From an uncultured virus (IMG/VR IMGVR_UViG_3300010224_000009) (lineage: Duplodnaviria > Heunggongvirae > Uroviricota > Caudoviricetes), in IMG/VR virus record IMGVR_UViG_3300010224_000009: a stretch of 64,000 nucleotides of DNA. One strand, given 5' to 3'. The notes under the pieces were generated by a model, which worked only from the letters and a program-made list of their open reading frames with translations, was not told the DNA's origin and made no database searches. Of the stretch, positions 37,276-46,392 are shown piece by piece. Each line of letters opens with the position of its first letter. The stretch's first letter is position 1. A program made the position numbers and the translations under genes.

Positions 37276-38457
37276 ATGGCATGCGAGATCGAACGCCCTA
37301 GCCCGCGTGTTCTATTCGAGAGCATCAAGTCGATGTTCTCTTCCAATGTGCTTGGCGGCGCTCCCATCATCCCAGAGAGCAATGAATGGTATGTCGTTTC
37401 TAACGACTACGCCATGGCAGAACAATTCTATTCCATCTCTGAGCAGGCATGGAAGGAGCGCGATCCGCGCTACGCTTGCTGCGAGAACCTTATCGACATG
37501 GCCGCGCAGGATGGCTTCTATCCGCGCCCTGCCACCTTCGCTTCCGGGTATATCCAGCTTAAAGGCGTGGCCGGAACTCAGTTGCCCGCGAGCATCGAAG
37601 TGAGCATTGCAGGGCAGCAGTTCGTGAATGCTGGCCCGGTGCCCGCACAGATCGCTCAAGACGGCACTGCGACGGTGCGCATGAGGGCGCTTGAACCGGG
37701 CACGGCGGGCAACTTACCGGCAGGCACGGCGGGCGGCAACCTCACAACGCCGATTGCCAACGTGAACAATGCCGTTACGATCTATGGCAATCAGTTTTGC
37801 GGTGGCGCGGCTGCGGAAGAGTGCGAACCGTTCCGTGCCCGCTATCTGGAACGCATGCGCTACAAGCCTAGCGTATCTCTTGACGCTGTCAAGCAGAAGC
37901 TGTTGGAATGGCCTTGCGTGACCTCGGTCTGCGAACGCGCTGGCACTTGCTGCTATGATGACACGCCCCAAGACTATGAAGGCGGCAATGCGTGCGGCAG
38001 ACCTATCCGCCTGTATGCTCTGTTCGATGGCATCTTCCCGTTCGGCGCTGCCCCGGCAGAGCAAGTGCGCGAAATTAACGAATGGCTCTTTGGGGTCGTC
38101 CAAGGCGTCGGCCAAGGTCAGGTTGATTGGGGCATCACGGGCACTGTCTATCCGTTCACGGGCGGCTATGTCTCCATCGACATTGACGGCATGGCCTGCA
38201 CTTCGCCAGCTACCACCAACGAAATTCGCGCACGCATAACGGAATATGTGGCGCGGCTATGCCCGTCGCAAATCCTCTACAAGCGCGACCTGGAAGCTAT
38301 CGTCTCGCAGCTAATGGCAGGCACGGGCAATTATGATATCGTCATCAACAGCGAGGACGACCGCATCGTCGTAGATCAGGGCTGCGGCGACGCAAGCCCG
38401 GAATGCGATGTTCGCATTGTCCTTAACCAAATCCGCTTCACAAATCCCGGAGCTTGA
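37276..38457 (+). CDS. baseplate wedge J-like (Mu gp47)
   Basis: RPAT.ASG..., ALEPGTAGNL, GGAA.E..E.FRARYL. Confidence 0.88.
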   Translation: MACEIERPSPRVLFESIKSMFSSNVLGGAPIIPESNEWYVVSNDYAMAEQFYSISEQAWKERDPRYACCENLIDMAAQDGFYPRPATFASGYIQLKGVAGTQLPASIEVSIAGQQFVNAGPVPAQIAQDGTATVRMRALEPGTAGNLPAGTAGGNLTTPIANVNNAVTIYGNQFCGGAAAEECEPFRARYLERMRYKPSVSLDAVKQKLLEWPCVTSVCERAGTCCYDDTPQDYEGGNACGRPIRLYALFDGIFPFGAAPAEQVREINEWLFGVVQGVGQGQVDWGITGTVYPFTGGYVSIDIDGMACTSPATTNEIRARITEYVARLCPSQILYKRDLEAIVSQLMAGTGNYDIVINSEDDRIVVDQGCGDASPECDVRIVLNQIRFTNPGA

Positions 38458-38460
38458 TAA

Positions 38461-39342
38461 GTGGCCGACTACACCTATCAAGATGGAATTGATGGACGAG
38501 TGGCGGTAGGCGAAATCGCAACCGACGGCTGCTGCCCTCCCGACCTTTGCTCCATCAGCCCGGAAGCCATTGCATGCGCGATGGTCAGCATCCTGCCTTC
38601 TGGTCCGCTCTGGGATAAGTCCAAAGAGCTTGCCTTGGCTTGCGGTGGCGTGTGCGATCAAAACTGCGACGCATTTGGCAACGAGCCGGACATGTGTGCA
38701 AGCCTTGTGCTGCATTCCATCTACTCGGCGCGCAAGCTGCATTATTATATCCAATCTGCCCTCTGGCCTTCGATCCGAGAGAGCAATCCGCTGACCGCAT
38801 GGTCGACAATGGACAGTTGGCTGGAGCGCCTTGGCTGGCAGGACTGCTATAACACGTTCTGCCGTGATAGCTCCCTTGGCGATATCACGCCTTATGAAGT
38901 TATGGGCGAGTGCGGACTGACCTACTGCCCGCCCACTTTTTCTGAAGACCTAGAGCGGCTCTACAAGCGTGGCGTGATCACTGCCCTTTGGAGAATGCGC
39001 TTGGGGTTCACCAAGAACCTTTCGGCGCTGAACTTCATCCTCGCACCGCTCTATTCCGAACTGGTGGTTGACCCTGCATACCGACCGGGCATCGACCCCA
39101 AGCCTTGCCTTGTTCTGCGACCTACATCTGATTACGCTTCCAAGATAATAAAAGACCCGTGCCCGCGCAGTCAGACCACTGTACTAGAGCAGCAGAAACA
39201 GGTAAAACTTTATTTGACACCAGCCGACGGTTTGTGCGTAGGCGGGCCGCGCAAAGCATATCCACTGACCCTAGCCGCGCATTGCATCGTCCTGTCGCTG
39301 CTTCCGAACTGCTGCAATTTCTGCCTTAAACGGCAACCCTAA
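38461..39342 (+). CDS. baseplate wedge (Mu gp48-like), very Cys-rich
   Basis: ILPSGPLWD; ESNPLTA..TMDSWLERLG. Confidence 0.75.
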   Translation: MADYTYQDGIDGRVAVGEIATDGCCPPDLCSISPEAIACAMVSILPSGPLWDKSKELALACGGVCDQNCDAFGNEPDMCASLVLHSIYSARKLHYYIQSALWPSIRESNPLTAWSTMDSWLERLGWQDCYNTFCRDSSLGDITPYEVMGECGLTYCPPTFSEDLERLYKRGVITALWRMRLGFTKNLSALNFILAPLYSELVVDPAYRPGIDPKPCLVLRPTSDYASKIIKDPCPRSQTTVLEQQKQVKLYLTPADGLCVGGPRKAYPLTLAAHCIVLSLLPNCCNFCLKRQP

Positions 39343-39353
39343 GAGGAACTTCC

Positions 39354-40136
39354 ATGGCTGGTATCTTTCCTTCCGGCGGCACCGATCCTGCGAATACGCT
39401 GCTGGCTCAGATTGGCTCGAAACTTGTCTCCGGTTGCAAGGCGCTGTTTTATCGCGTAAACTGCAATCCGCGCTTCGATCCTGCTGCCACCAACGCGCTA
39501 ATCTCTGAGATCGTAAATGCGGTCAATGCAGCGAACATCAATTACGATTGTTCCAAGCTGAACAACCTCGCCGGGGCACTGCTGGCTATGAAGACGCCAG
39601 TCGAGAACATGGACAATTACGATCTGAAATACCCGGACAATGACGACGTTCTGCGCGGCAAGTTCGACGGCGTAGAAGGGAAGACCTCTGTTCAACGGCT
39701 GTTGCGCTATGCTCCTTCCGCCATGCCTGCGGTCGCTGATATGGGCGACAACGATGTTGTGATCATCGGCACGACGCAGGAAGTCAATGGCGAAAGCATC
39801 CTGTACGGACAGCGGATCACTCTGGCCAACCTCAAGAAACTCTTTGGGGGCGCTTTCGGTTCAGACTATCGTTGGCGCAATGTCATGTCCAGCCGCACCA
39901 ATGGCGTCGTGTATCGCAACACCACGGGATCGGCAATCCAGGTCTGTATTCAGGGGACGCATGACGGTGGCTATTTCTTCGTCTCTTCTGACAATGAAAA
40001 TTGGGTCCGGCTTGGCACCTTCGCCGGTAACTCGCAGGAAAAGGGCTTGATCCAAGCGATCATCCCCAATGGATATTATTACCGTCTGGATGGCGGCGGC
40101 GATATCCAACTGTGGAGCGAGCTTTCTCCGAACTGA
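39354..40136 (+). CDS. short tail fibre
   Basis: C-terminal W.NV..SR..GVVY.NTTG..I.V....IIPNG.YY fibre-tip motif; Cys-containing N-terminal anchor shared with 40149. Confidence 0.75.
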   Translation: MAGIFPSGGTDPANTLLAQIGSKLVSGCKALFYRVNCNPRFDPAATNALISEIVNAVNAANINYDCSKLNNLAGALLAMKTPVENMDNYDLKYPDNDDVLRGKFDGVEGKTSVQRLLRYAPSAMPAVADMGDNDVVIIGTTQEVNGESILYGQRITLANLKKLFGGAFGSDYRWRNVMSSRTNGVVYRNTTGSAIQVCIQGTHDGGYFFVSSDNENWVRLGTFAGNSQEKGLIQAIIPNGYYYRLDGGGDIQLWSELSPN

Positions 40137-40148
40137 TAAGGCCAACCG

Positions 40149-42290
40149 ATGTCCAGCATTTTCCCTGACACTTCTGCCGGTGGTCTGATTGTTATCGACC
40201 ATGACACGGGTATGCCGGTCGCGCAGCCTGACGTCGAAAACTCCAATTTCGCGGCGGGCTTCACGGCAAGCTGCGATGTGACCGCGTTGCCAAGCAACTG
40301 CAACGCGCGGGTCGAGCCTGCACAGATCAACGCTATTGTTGCTGAACTCGTCAATCTCTACTACTCCATGGCTCCGGCCCGTGAGTGGGATTGCAACGAG
40401 CAGGACAACATCGCCGAGGCATTTGAGCAGTTCATTCAGACGCTCGTCGGTGGTGGCGGCGGTGGCGGCATTTCCTGCGCACTGGTTGCCGACGGACAGG
40501 CTGGAGAAGAAGCCGGGGCCTATCTGCTGTATTGCAACGGCGAAACGATCCAGAAATGGTCTGTGCATGGCGACGGCGGCTTGGTCGAGTTCGTGCTCGA
40601 TACGTTCTGCGGCGTTGATGAAGTCGATCTCGGCAATGACGACTATGTTCTGTTCTGCCGTGAAGGTGCGATCAAGAAGACCAATGCCCTGAACTTTCAG
40701 CTATATCTCGGCGAATGGTTGCAGGCGCGCTCCTACATCACGAACAACCTCGTGCGACGCAATGGGCGGCTGTATTCTCCGAACGCGGCTATCCCGGCTG
40801 GCACGCCGTTTGTGATTGGCACTGGCGGCGCTACTTGGTATGAGGTCAGCCCCGGCACCCATCCGCCCTACGACAGCACCGTCGCTTGGGCTGAAAATAC
40901 CATCGTTACCAGACAAGGCGTTCACTACGCGGCGAACTCTGCCATTGCAGCCAATGTCCCGTTTGTCGTCGGCACGGCAGCGAACACTTGGCGGCGGGTA
41001 GAGATCAGCCAAGCCTTCATCTGGGACTATGCCGAACGGGCCTACAGCGAAGGCAGCGTTATTGCCCGCAATGGCATCCTGTATCGCTCTTTGCAGGACC
41101 TTGCGCCGGGGCCGTGGGACGAGACCAAATGGGAAGCCATCGGCGGCGAACGCTCCCGGTATCGTGGCCCGTGGGCCACGCAGAACGCCTATGTCGCAGA
41201 AGACATGGTGAAGGTGAACGGGCGGCTCTACACGGCCAACTCTGACATTCCTGCCGCTACACCTTTCATGATCGGCACTGCCGCCAATCAGTGGACGGAA
41301 GTTTCCCCAAGCTTGGGGATCGCATATTCGGCGACCGACACTTACACGGCTGGCCAGATTGTCTCCTGGAACGGCGGGCTGTATATCGCCAATGGCAATA
41401 TCCCGGTCGGCATTGATCCGAGCAACATCGGTATCAGCGGCGCGTCGTGGCGCGTGTTCGGCGTTGACACGGTCATCCGGCCGTTCACCAACGTCAAGAA
41501 TTACGTTGCTGGCGAAGTGATGCTCAAGGCCACCAACGCCTATCCGAACGAGAACGCTATCTGGCGCTCCCCGAACGGACAGCTTGCTGGCGATTGGGAC
41601 CAGAAGGTCTTCGAGACGATTGGCGAACGCAACAAAATGCGGGGCCGGTGGAACATTGCCGATAAGTATCTCAAGGGCGACCTTGTGATCCGCTACGGCA
41701 TCGAGACGCCATATGGCGTCATGTTCGAGGCAAACTCAGATATCCCGCCGAATACGCAATGGGCGGTCGGCTTTGCCGATGGCCAGTGGACAGAGCTTGA
41801 CGTTGCGCCAACAGGCGGCATCAACCTGAAACTCTATATTGAGGGTCAGACTTACTCCGCTGGCGATTACGTTCTGACCCGTTGGGGCATCTACCGGGCG
41901 GAAGCTGACATTCTGGCTACGGACGATTTTGCGGACGCTGCTGGAAAATTCAGCCCGTATAACAGCGCCCGCGCGCCAATCATTCTCGATCAAGCTGCAC
42001 ATTCGGCAATCCGAAATCATCGCAACCAGACGATCGGTTTCAGCTACGCTGGCCCCAAGACGTATGTGCTTGGCGCTGGCATCCTTAATCCCGGTGACAC
42101 GATCTCCGGTTATTCGTATAACGGACAGTTGACCTTTGCCGAGGCGGCAGGGGTGACGATCCGTTCGCCGGAGGGCCTGTCGCTGCGCGATCGGGATTAC
42201 TCCAGCTTTTTGATCAAGTGCCTTTCCGTTTCCGGCAATGGAACCGGCGCAGAATATCTTCTGGCCGGAGACCTAGAGCCAATTCCCTAA
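40149..42290 (+). CDS. tail fibre/spike with tandem carbohydrate-binding-like repeats
   Basis: Repeats W....Y..(G)D.V...G..Y.AN..I.......G.....W. Confidence 0.75.
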   Translation: MSSIFPDTSAGGLIVIDHDTGMPVAQPDVENSNFAAGFTASCDVTALPSNCNARVEPAQINAIVAELVNLYYSMAPAREWDCNEQDNIAEAFEQFIQTLVGGGGGGGISCALVADGQAGEEAGAYLLYCNGETIQKWSVHGDGGLVEFVLDTFCGVDEVDLGNDDYVLFCREGAIKKTNALNFQLYLGEWLQARSYITNNLVRRNGRLYSPNAAIPAGTPFVIGTGGATWYEVSPGTHPPYDSTVAWAENTIVTRQGVHYAANSAIAANVPFVVGTAANTWRRVEISQAFIWDYAERAYSEGSVIARNGILYRSLQDLAPGPWDETKWEAIGGERSRYRGPWATQNAYVAEDMVKVNGRLYTANSDIPAATPFMIGTAANQWTEVSPSLGIAYSATDTYTAGQIVSWNGGLYIANGNIPVGIDPSNIGISGASWRVFGVDTVIRPFTNVKNYVAGEVMLKATNAYPNENAIWRSPNGQLAGDWDQKVFETIGERNKMRGRWNIADKYLKGDLVIRYGIETPYGVMFEANSDIPPNTQWAVGFADGQWTELDVAPTGGINLKLYIEGQTYSAGDYVLTRWGIYRAEADILATDDFADAAGKFSPYNSARAPIILDQAAHSAIRNHRNQTIGFSYAGPKTYVLGAGILNPGDTISGYSYNGQLTFAEAAGVTIRSPEGLSLRDRDYSSFLIKCLSVSGNGTGAEYLLAGDLEPIP

Positions 42291-42299
42291 GAGGACAAC

Positions 42300-43409
42300 A
42301 TGAACTTCTCGGCATCCGAACTCAGCTTGGTCCAGGAATATGCTAAGCGGGACGACGTTCCTGTGAACGCCTGCTTGGCCTTTATGGCAGTCGAAACCAA
42401 TGGCGTGACCGGCACGCTTATTGGCGGTGTCATCAAGGCCATTATCCGTTGGGAGGGCCACTATTTCGACAAGCTGGTGCCCGCCAAGCTACAGGCCAAG
42501 GCCCGCGCCATGGGCCTAGCCTCGCCCAAGGTAGGCGGGATTAAGAACCCCGCCAGCCAAGAAGGACGTTATGAGCTTCTGGCCAAGGGCAAAACGCTGG
42601 ATATTCCTGCCGCAATCAGTTCTTGCTCTTGGGGCGTCGGTCAGGTCATGGGCGCTCACTGGAAATGGCTCGGGTTCAAGTCCGCCGAGGACTTCGAGGC
42701 CATGGCTCAGTCCGGCTTTAGCGGACAGTTGGCAATCATGTTCGCCTTCATGCGCAAGTCGGGCGTGATCCCTCACCTGCGTCGCCTTGACTGGTCTGCA
42801 GTGGCCCGTATCTGGAATGGCCCCAAGTACGCGGCCAACAAATACGACATCAAGATGAAGACGGAATACGAGGCGCTGGAAGGTGCAGCGGCAAAAATTC
42901 CTTCTTCTGCTGGCATGCTGCGTGCCGGTTCCAAGGGCGCAAAGGTCAAGGACTTGCAAGCGCTGCTGGTCCGCGCCGGGTATGCGGTCAACACAGACGG
43001 CGATTTTGGACCGTCGACCGAGCGCGCTGTTAAGGCGTTCCAGTTGAAGAACAAGCTGGACGTTGACGGGGTCGCTGGCCCGCGCACCATGGAAATGTTG
43101 CAGCGGTTCCGCGTGACGCCGCAGGAGCTTGCCGGTCAAACCAAGCCGCTGGATCAGCAGCAGGTCAAGCAGGGCTTGTTCTCCGGCATCGGTGGTGCGG
43201 CTGGCCTGCAAGCGGCCAAGAGCCAAGTCGACGCGGCCAAGGACCAGCTTGCCGCCTACGCTGGCAACGCATTCATCGACCATATCTCCATGTACTTGGG
43301 GATCGCTTCCGCAGTCCTGATCGTCGGCGGCTTGGCCTATGCCGGGTATGGCATCTGGAAGTCGCGCCACACCACGCTCGGAATTGAAGACAAGGTGGCA
43401 ACCGCATGA
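42300..43409 (+). CDS. endolysin: N-acetylmuramidase (DUF3380-type), peptidoglycan-binding domain and C-terminal TM
   Basis: AVET.G, RWEGHYF, SCSWGVGQVMG.HW..LGF, WNGPKY; LRAGSKG..V..LQ..L...GY..DGDFGP.TE.AV..FQ. Confidence 0.9.
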   Translation: MNFSASELSLVQEYAKRDDVPVNACLAFMAVETNGVTGTLIGGVIKAIIRWEGHYFDKLVPAKLQAKARAMGLASPKVGGIKNPASQEGRYELLAKGKTLDIPAAISSCSWGVGQVMGAHWKWLGFKSAEDFEAMAQSGFSGQLAIMFAFMRKSGVIPHLRRLDWSAVARIWNGPKYAANKYDIKMKTEYEALEGAAAKIPSSAGMLRAGSKGAKVKDLQALLVRAGYAVNTDGDFGPSTERAVKAFQLKNKLDVDGVAGPRTMEMLQRFRVTPQELAGQTKPLDQQQVKQGLFSGIGGAAGLQAAKSQVDAAKDQLAAYAGNAFIDHISMYLGIASAVLIVGGLAYAGYGIWKSRHTTLGIEDKVATA

Positions 43410-43654
43410 CCTATAAACTAATCGGCATCGGCGTCGTCGTCCTGTTGCTCATTGCAGCCGCAGGGTATGTCATTCACACGCAGCGTCAGGACGCCGCTGA
43501 CGACGCGCTGGAAGGAGTGAGGCAGAATAATGACAAACTCGGGCAGGCGGCTGAGGGCGCTGCTATCGATTACGACGATTGCCGTCGTGCTGACCGGTTG
43601 TGGGACTACGAGCGGGGTCGATGTGGCGGCGCTGCGAAGGGTGGTCGGAACTGA
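43406..43654 (+). CDS. inner-membrane spanin (Rz-like)
   Basis: N-terminal TM, two C-terminal Cys, follows endolysin. Confidence 0.7.
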   Translation: MTYKLIGIGVVVLLLIAAAGYVIHTQRQDAADDALEGVRQNNDKLGQAAEGAAIDYDDCRRADRLWDYERGRCGGAAKGGRN

Positions 43655-43784
43655 CCTCATATCGGCCAAGGGCGCAACGGAGGCGGACCAAGATCGGATT
43701 AACCGCACCGTGATCAGACTAGGCGCTGCCAAAGTCTATACGCCCTCAGAGTTGGCGGCGCACGGGCGGGCAGTACAGCCCTAA
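43530..43784 (+). CDS. outer-membrane spanin lipoprotein (Rz1-like)
   Basis: Overlaps the Rz-like gene in another frame; lipobox VLTG-C. Confidence 0.75.
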   Translation: MTNSGRRLRALLSITTIAVVLTGCGTTSGVDVAALRRVVGTDLISAKGATEADQDRINRTVIRLGAAKVYTPSELAAHGRAVQP

Positions 43785-43789
43785 AATTA

Positions 43790-43822
43790 GGAGGCCGCTA
43801 GACGCCAAATCTAGCGGCCTCC
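43790..43822. terminator. hairpin between convergent late and replication operons
   Basis: ggaggccgctaga-cgccaaa-tctagcggcctcc, 13-bp stem. Confidence 0.8.
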
Positions 43823-43866
43823 AGGCGTTTTGTAGGGTGCTTGGCTACGTAGGTAGCCGCCCGCCC

Positions 43867-44301
43867 TTAATGCGCGCCAGCGGCCTTTGGAAACAATTTC
43901 TGGCTAACGCCTTTGCCGTTCGCAGCCTTGGAGATCAGCAGCCGAACCTCATGCGCCCGCAGTTCGCCAAGCTGCTGCTGACGAATGTTGATCCGCTCTA
44001 GGAGTTCGCCGACCTGCGCAACTTCACGCTGCTGCTCGTCTTCGAGCTTACGGATGAGGTCTTGCGTCTTTCGGCCGTCTTCGTTGAGTTTGGCCTCGCT
44101 GTCCCGGAAGTGATGATCAATGGGTGCGACGATACCGCTCGCAACGAGGGTTGGCTGACGGACAGGAGTAACTCGTCCACTGCTTGCAAGTGCGCTCTCA
44201 AGCGCATTTTCGGCGGCAAAATTGGTTGCAATTTCTGCGGCGGTCTTTTCCGCAGACTGTTCCTGCGCACTCTTTGCTTCATTGTTCATTTCTCGCTCCA
44301 T
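43867..44301 (-). CDS. coiled-coil hypothetical protein
   Basis: 144-aa ORF. Confidence 0.65.
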   Translation of the reverse strand: MEREMNNEAKSAQEQSAEKTAAEIATNFAAENALESALASSGRVTPVRQPTLVASGIVAPIDHHFRDSEAKLNEDGRKTQDLIRKLEDEQQREVAQVGELLERINIRQQQLGELRAHEVRLLISKAANGKGVSQKLFPKAAGAH

Positions 44302-44312
44302 TGTTTTACTGA

Positions 44313-44624
44313 TTAAGCTGCCTCGGGCTGTTCCTTGTGCAGCTTGACGAATTTTGCGTAATCTCCAGCGACAGTAAATATCGCCTTATGGCCGCGCCCG
44401 ACCATCTCGTTGTGCAGCAGGGTCAGCCCTTCGCGGGGCAACTTCCGCTGCAAATTTCTAAGGGAGGACAATACGCCACTCCGAAAATACTTATACTGCT
44501 CTTGGGGATCAAGCTCCGGCCGCACATGGTCAATAATGGCGTCCAAGCTGATCTCGTCCTTCTCCTTAGACTTCAAGGTGACGATGGCCCCAAGGATGGC
44601 TAGTTCTTTAGACGACAGACGCAT
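44313..44624 (-). CDS. putative winged-helix DNA-binding protein
   Basis: RLSSKELAIL...ISLDAII....SSLRNLQRKL...GRG. Confidence 0.55.
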   Translation of the reverse strand: MRLSSKELAILGAIVTLKSKEKDEISLDAIIDHVRPELDPQEQYKYFRSGVLSSLRNLQRKLPREGLTLLHNEMVGRGHKAIFTVAGDYAKFVKLHKEQPEAA

Positions 44625-46336
44625 TACGCAGCCTCAGCATAATAAGGATCGAACATTTTGCGAATGTCGTCCAAGACCAGATCAGAAAATTCCTTCTTGG
44701 CTTTCAAGTTAGCGAGGATGCGAAGATCGACGCTACGGGAGGCAACCAAGTCGATGAAGAAGGTTGTCTTATGGGTGCCAATGCGGTGGATGCGGTCTTC
44801 AGACTGCCAGCGGTCCACGGCCTTGAACGAGTTGGAATAATAGATGGCATAGGCGCACTCGCCCTGCAGATTGAGGCCGGTTCCACCAGCGGCCGGGTTG
44901 GAGATGAAAATGTCCTTCCCGGAGTTTTTATTAAGAAAAAGTTCCTTGTTTCGTTTGCGGTCCGCGTCAGAGGTCGATCCGACGTAGTCAACAGCGCGAG
45001 AACCAAAGGCTTTCTTGAGCGCAAGATAATCTTCCTTGAAACGACACCAGAAGATTTTCTTCTCGTGCTTACCGATCTCTTCATCCAGTTCCACGGCGCG
45101 GTCTAGGCGTGGGTTGTCCAGATAGTTTACGGTGCCATCTTCATCGACAATGAAGCCGCAGGTAATTTGCTGCAAGCGCATGACCATAACGGCGGCGGTA
45201 TCTACTGTCGCGACTTTGCCGTTGGCCAGCTTGGCGACAAAGTCTTCCCGCAGGTCGTCATAAACCTTGCGCTGCTTGTCGGTCATCTTGAACGTGTCGC
45301 GCTTGTAAACCTTGGGCGGCAGATCAAGGTCTTCTTCCTTGGTGGCGCGGAAGGTAAATGGATCAATGCGCTTGTAGAATTGCGTCAGGTTCTTGTGGCT
45401 CTGGACCTTCTGGCCACCAAAGCCGTTATCGACCATGTTGCAGTATTCGGCCCGGAAAGCAGACTTGTACTTGTGGCCAATAATGTCCGGATCCAAGTAG
45501 AAGAACTGGCCCCAAACGTTCTCCAAATTGGTGGAGATTGGGGTCCCGGAAAGAATGGAGCGATACTCAATGGCATCGCGAATTTTCAGCAGGTGCTCGC
45601 CGCGCTTGGTCTCCGGGTCGGCAATGTCTTGGCTCTCGTCCACCAGTCCATAGACATGGTTGTCCAGTGCGTCAAGGAACTTCTCAATGGCAGCAAAGCC
45701 TTTCTTGGTCCAGACACCGTCTATGTTGATGGCAAACACCTTCAACACGTTCTTGGCTTCCAGCATCTTGTCGAAAGACTTCTGCTCCCACTTGGTCGTC
45801 ATGCCCGCCCATGCGTGAGCTCGGTAGGGCACGTTCTCGGGTACGTGCGCGGGCAACTGCTCGTCGATCCACTGCTCATGCACGCCCTTCTTGGTCATGA
45901 CCAATAGGCCGTCTATCTTATGGTCGCACCACAGGTAAACCGTCTTGTCGATAGACATTTTGGTTTTGCCCGTGCCGGTGCCCATGAACATAGCCGACAC
46001 AAACAGGTCTTTCAGCTTGGCAAAGCCGCGCTTCTGGAACTCGTACTGCTCATGGACGATAGAGAAGGCTGGCCTTGGGGCCTTTGGCATGACCAGCACT
46101 TCGCGCGCTTGGTTGACCCTGGACCTATTGCGCTGGTCATCGAACTCACACTCTGGGAACAATTCTAGCCAGTGCTCGATATTGCGCTGCGTCGTCTCGA
46201 ACCAATACCCCAAGCCATTCCTTGCAAAGCCCTTTCGGCCGGACACGCGCAACAGGAACGCGGTCAGGCGCGTGCCTAACTTTTCGTCCCTGCCGTAAAC
46301 GACTTCGCAAGTTTCGTTGTATGCTGTGAGTTTCAT
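44624..46336 (-). CDS. SNF2-family helicase
   Basis: MGTGTGKT, VDESQ, LSGTP, GGTGLNLQ, QSEDRIHRIG. Confidence 0.93.
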   Translation of the reverse strand: MKLTAYNETCEVVYGRDEKLGTRLTAFLLRVSGRKGFARNGLGYWFETTQRNIEHWLELFPECEFDDQRNRSRVNQAREVLVMPKAPRPAFSIVHEQYEFQKRGFAKLKDLFVSAMFMGTGTGKTKMSIDKTVYLWCDHKIDGLLVMTKKGVHEQWIDEQLPAHVPENVPYRAHAWAGMTTKWEQKSFDKMLEAKNVLKVFAINIDGVWTKKGFAAIEKFLDALDNHVYGLVDESQDIADPETKRGEHLLKIRDAIEYRSILSGTPISTNLENVWGQFFYLDPDIIGHKYKSAFRAEYCNMVDNGFGGQKVQSHKNLTQFYKRIDPFTFRATKEEDLDLPPKVYKRDTFKMTDKQRKVYDDLREDFVAKLANGKVATVDTAAVMVMRLQQITCGFIVDEDGTVNYLDNPRLDRAVELDEEIGKHEKKIFWCRFKEDYLALKKAFGSRAVDYVGSTSDADRKRNKELFLNKNSGKDIFISNPAAGGTGLNLQGECAYAIYYSNSFKAVDRWQSEDRIHRIGTHKTTFFIDLVASRSVDLRILANLKAKKEFSDLVLDDIRKMFDPYYAEAA

Positions 46337-46372
46337 TGCCGCTCCTGAACCCTAAACTGCCACGGCCTGCCA

Positions 46373-46392
46373 TAAAAGGCAAGCTATTTTAT
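46373..46392 (-). promoter_or_regulatory. conserved promoter motif ATAAAATAGCTTGCCTTTTA
   Basis: Also at 57527-57546(+) and 60338-60357(+); partial at 4922. Confidence 0.7.

Noticed and set aside
39354..42290. Diversity-generating retroelement or invertible fibre cassette
   Set aside because: No reverse transcriptase, invertase or template/variable repeat pair was seen.
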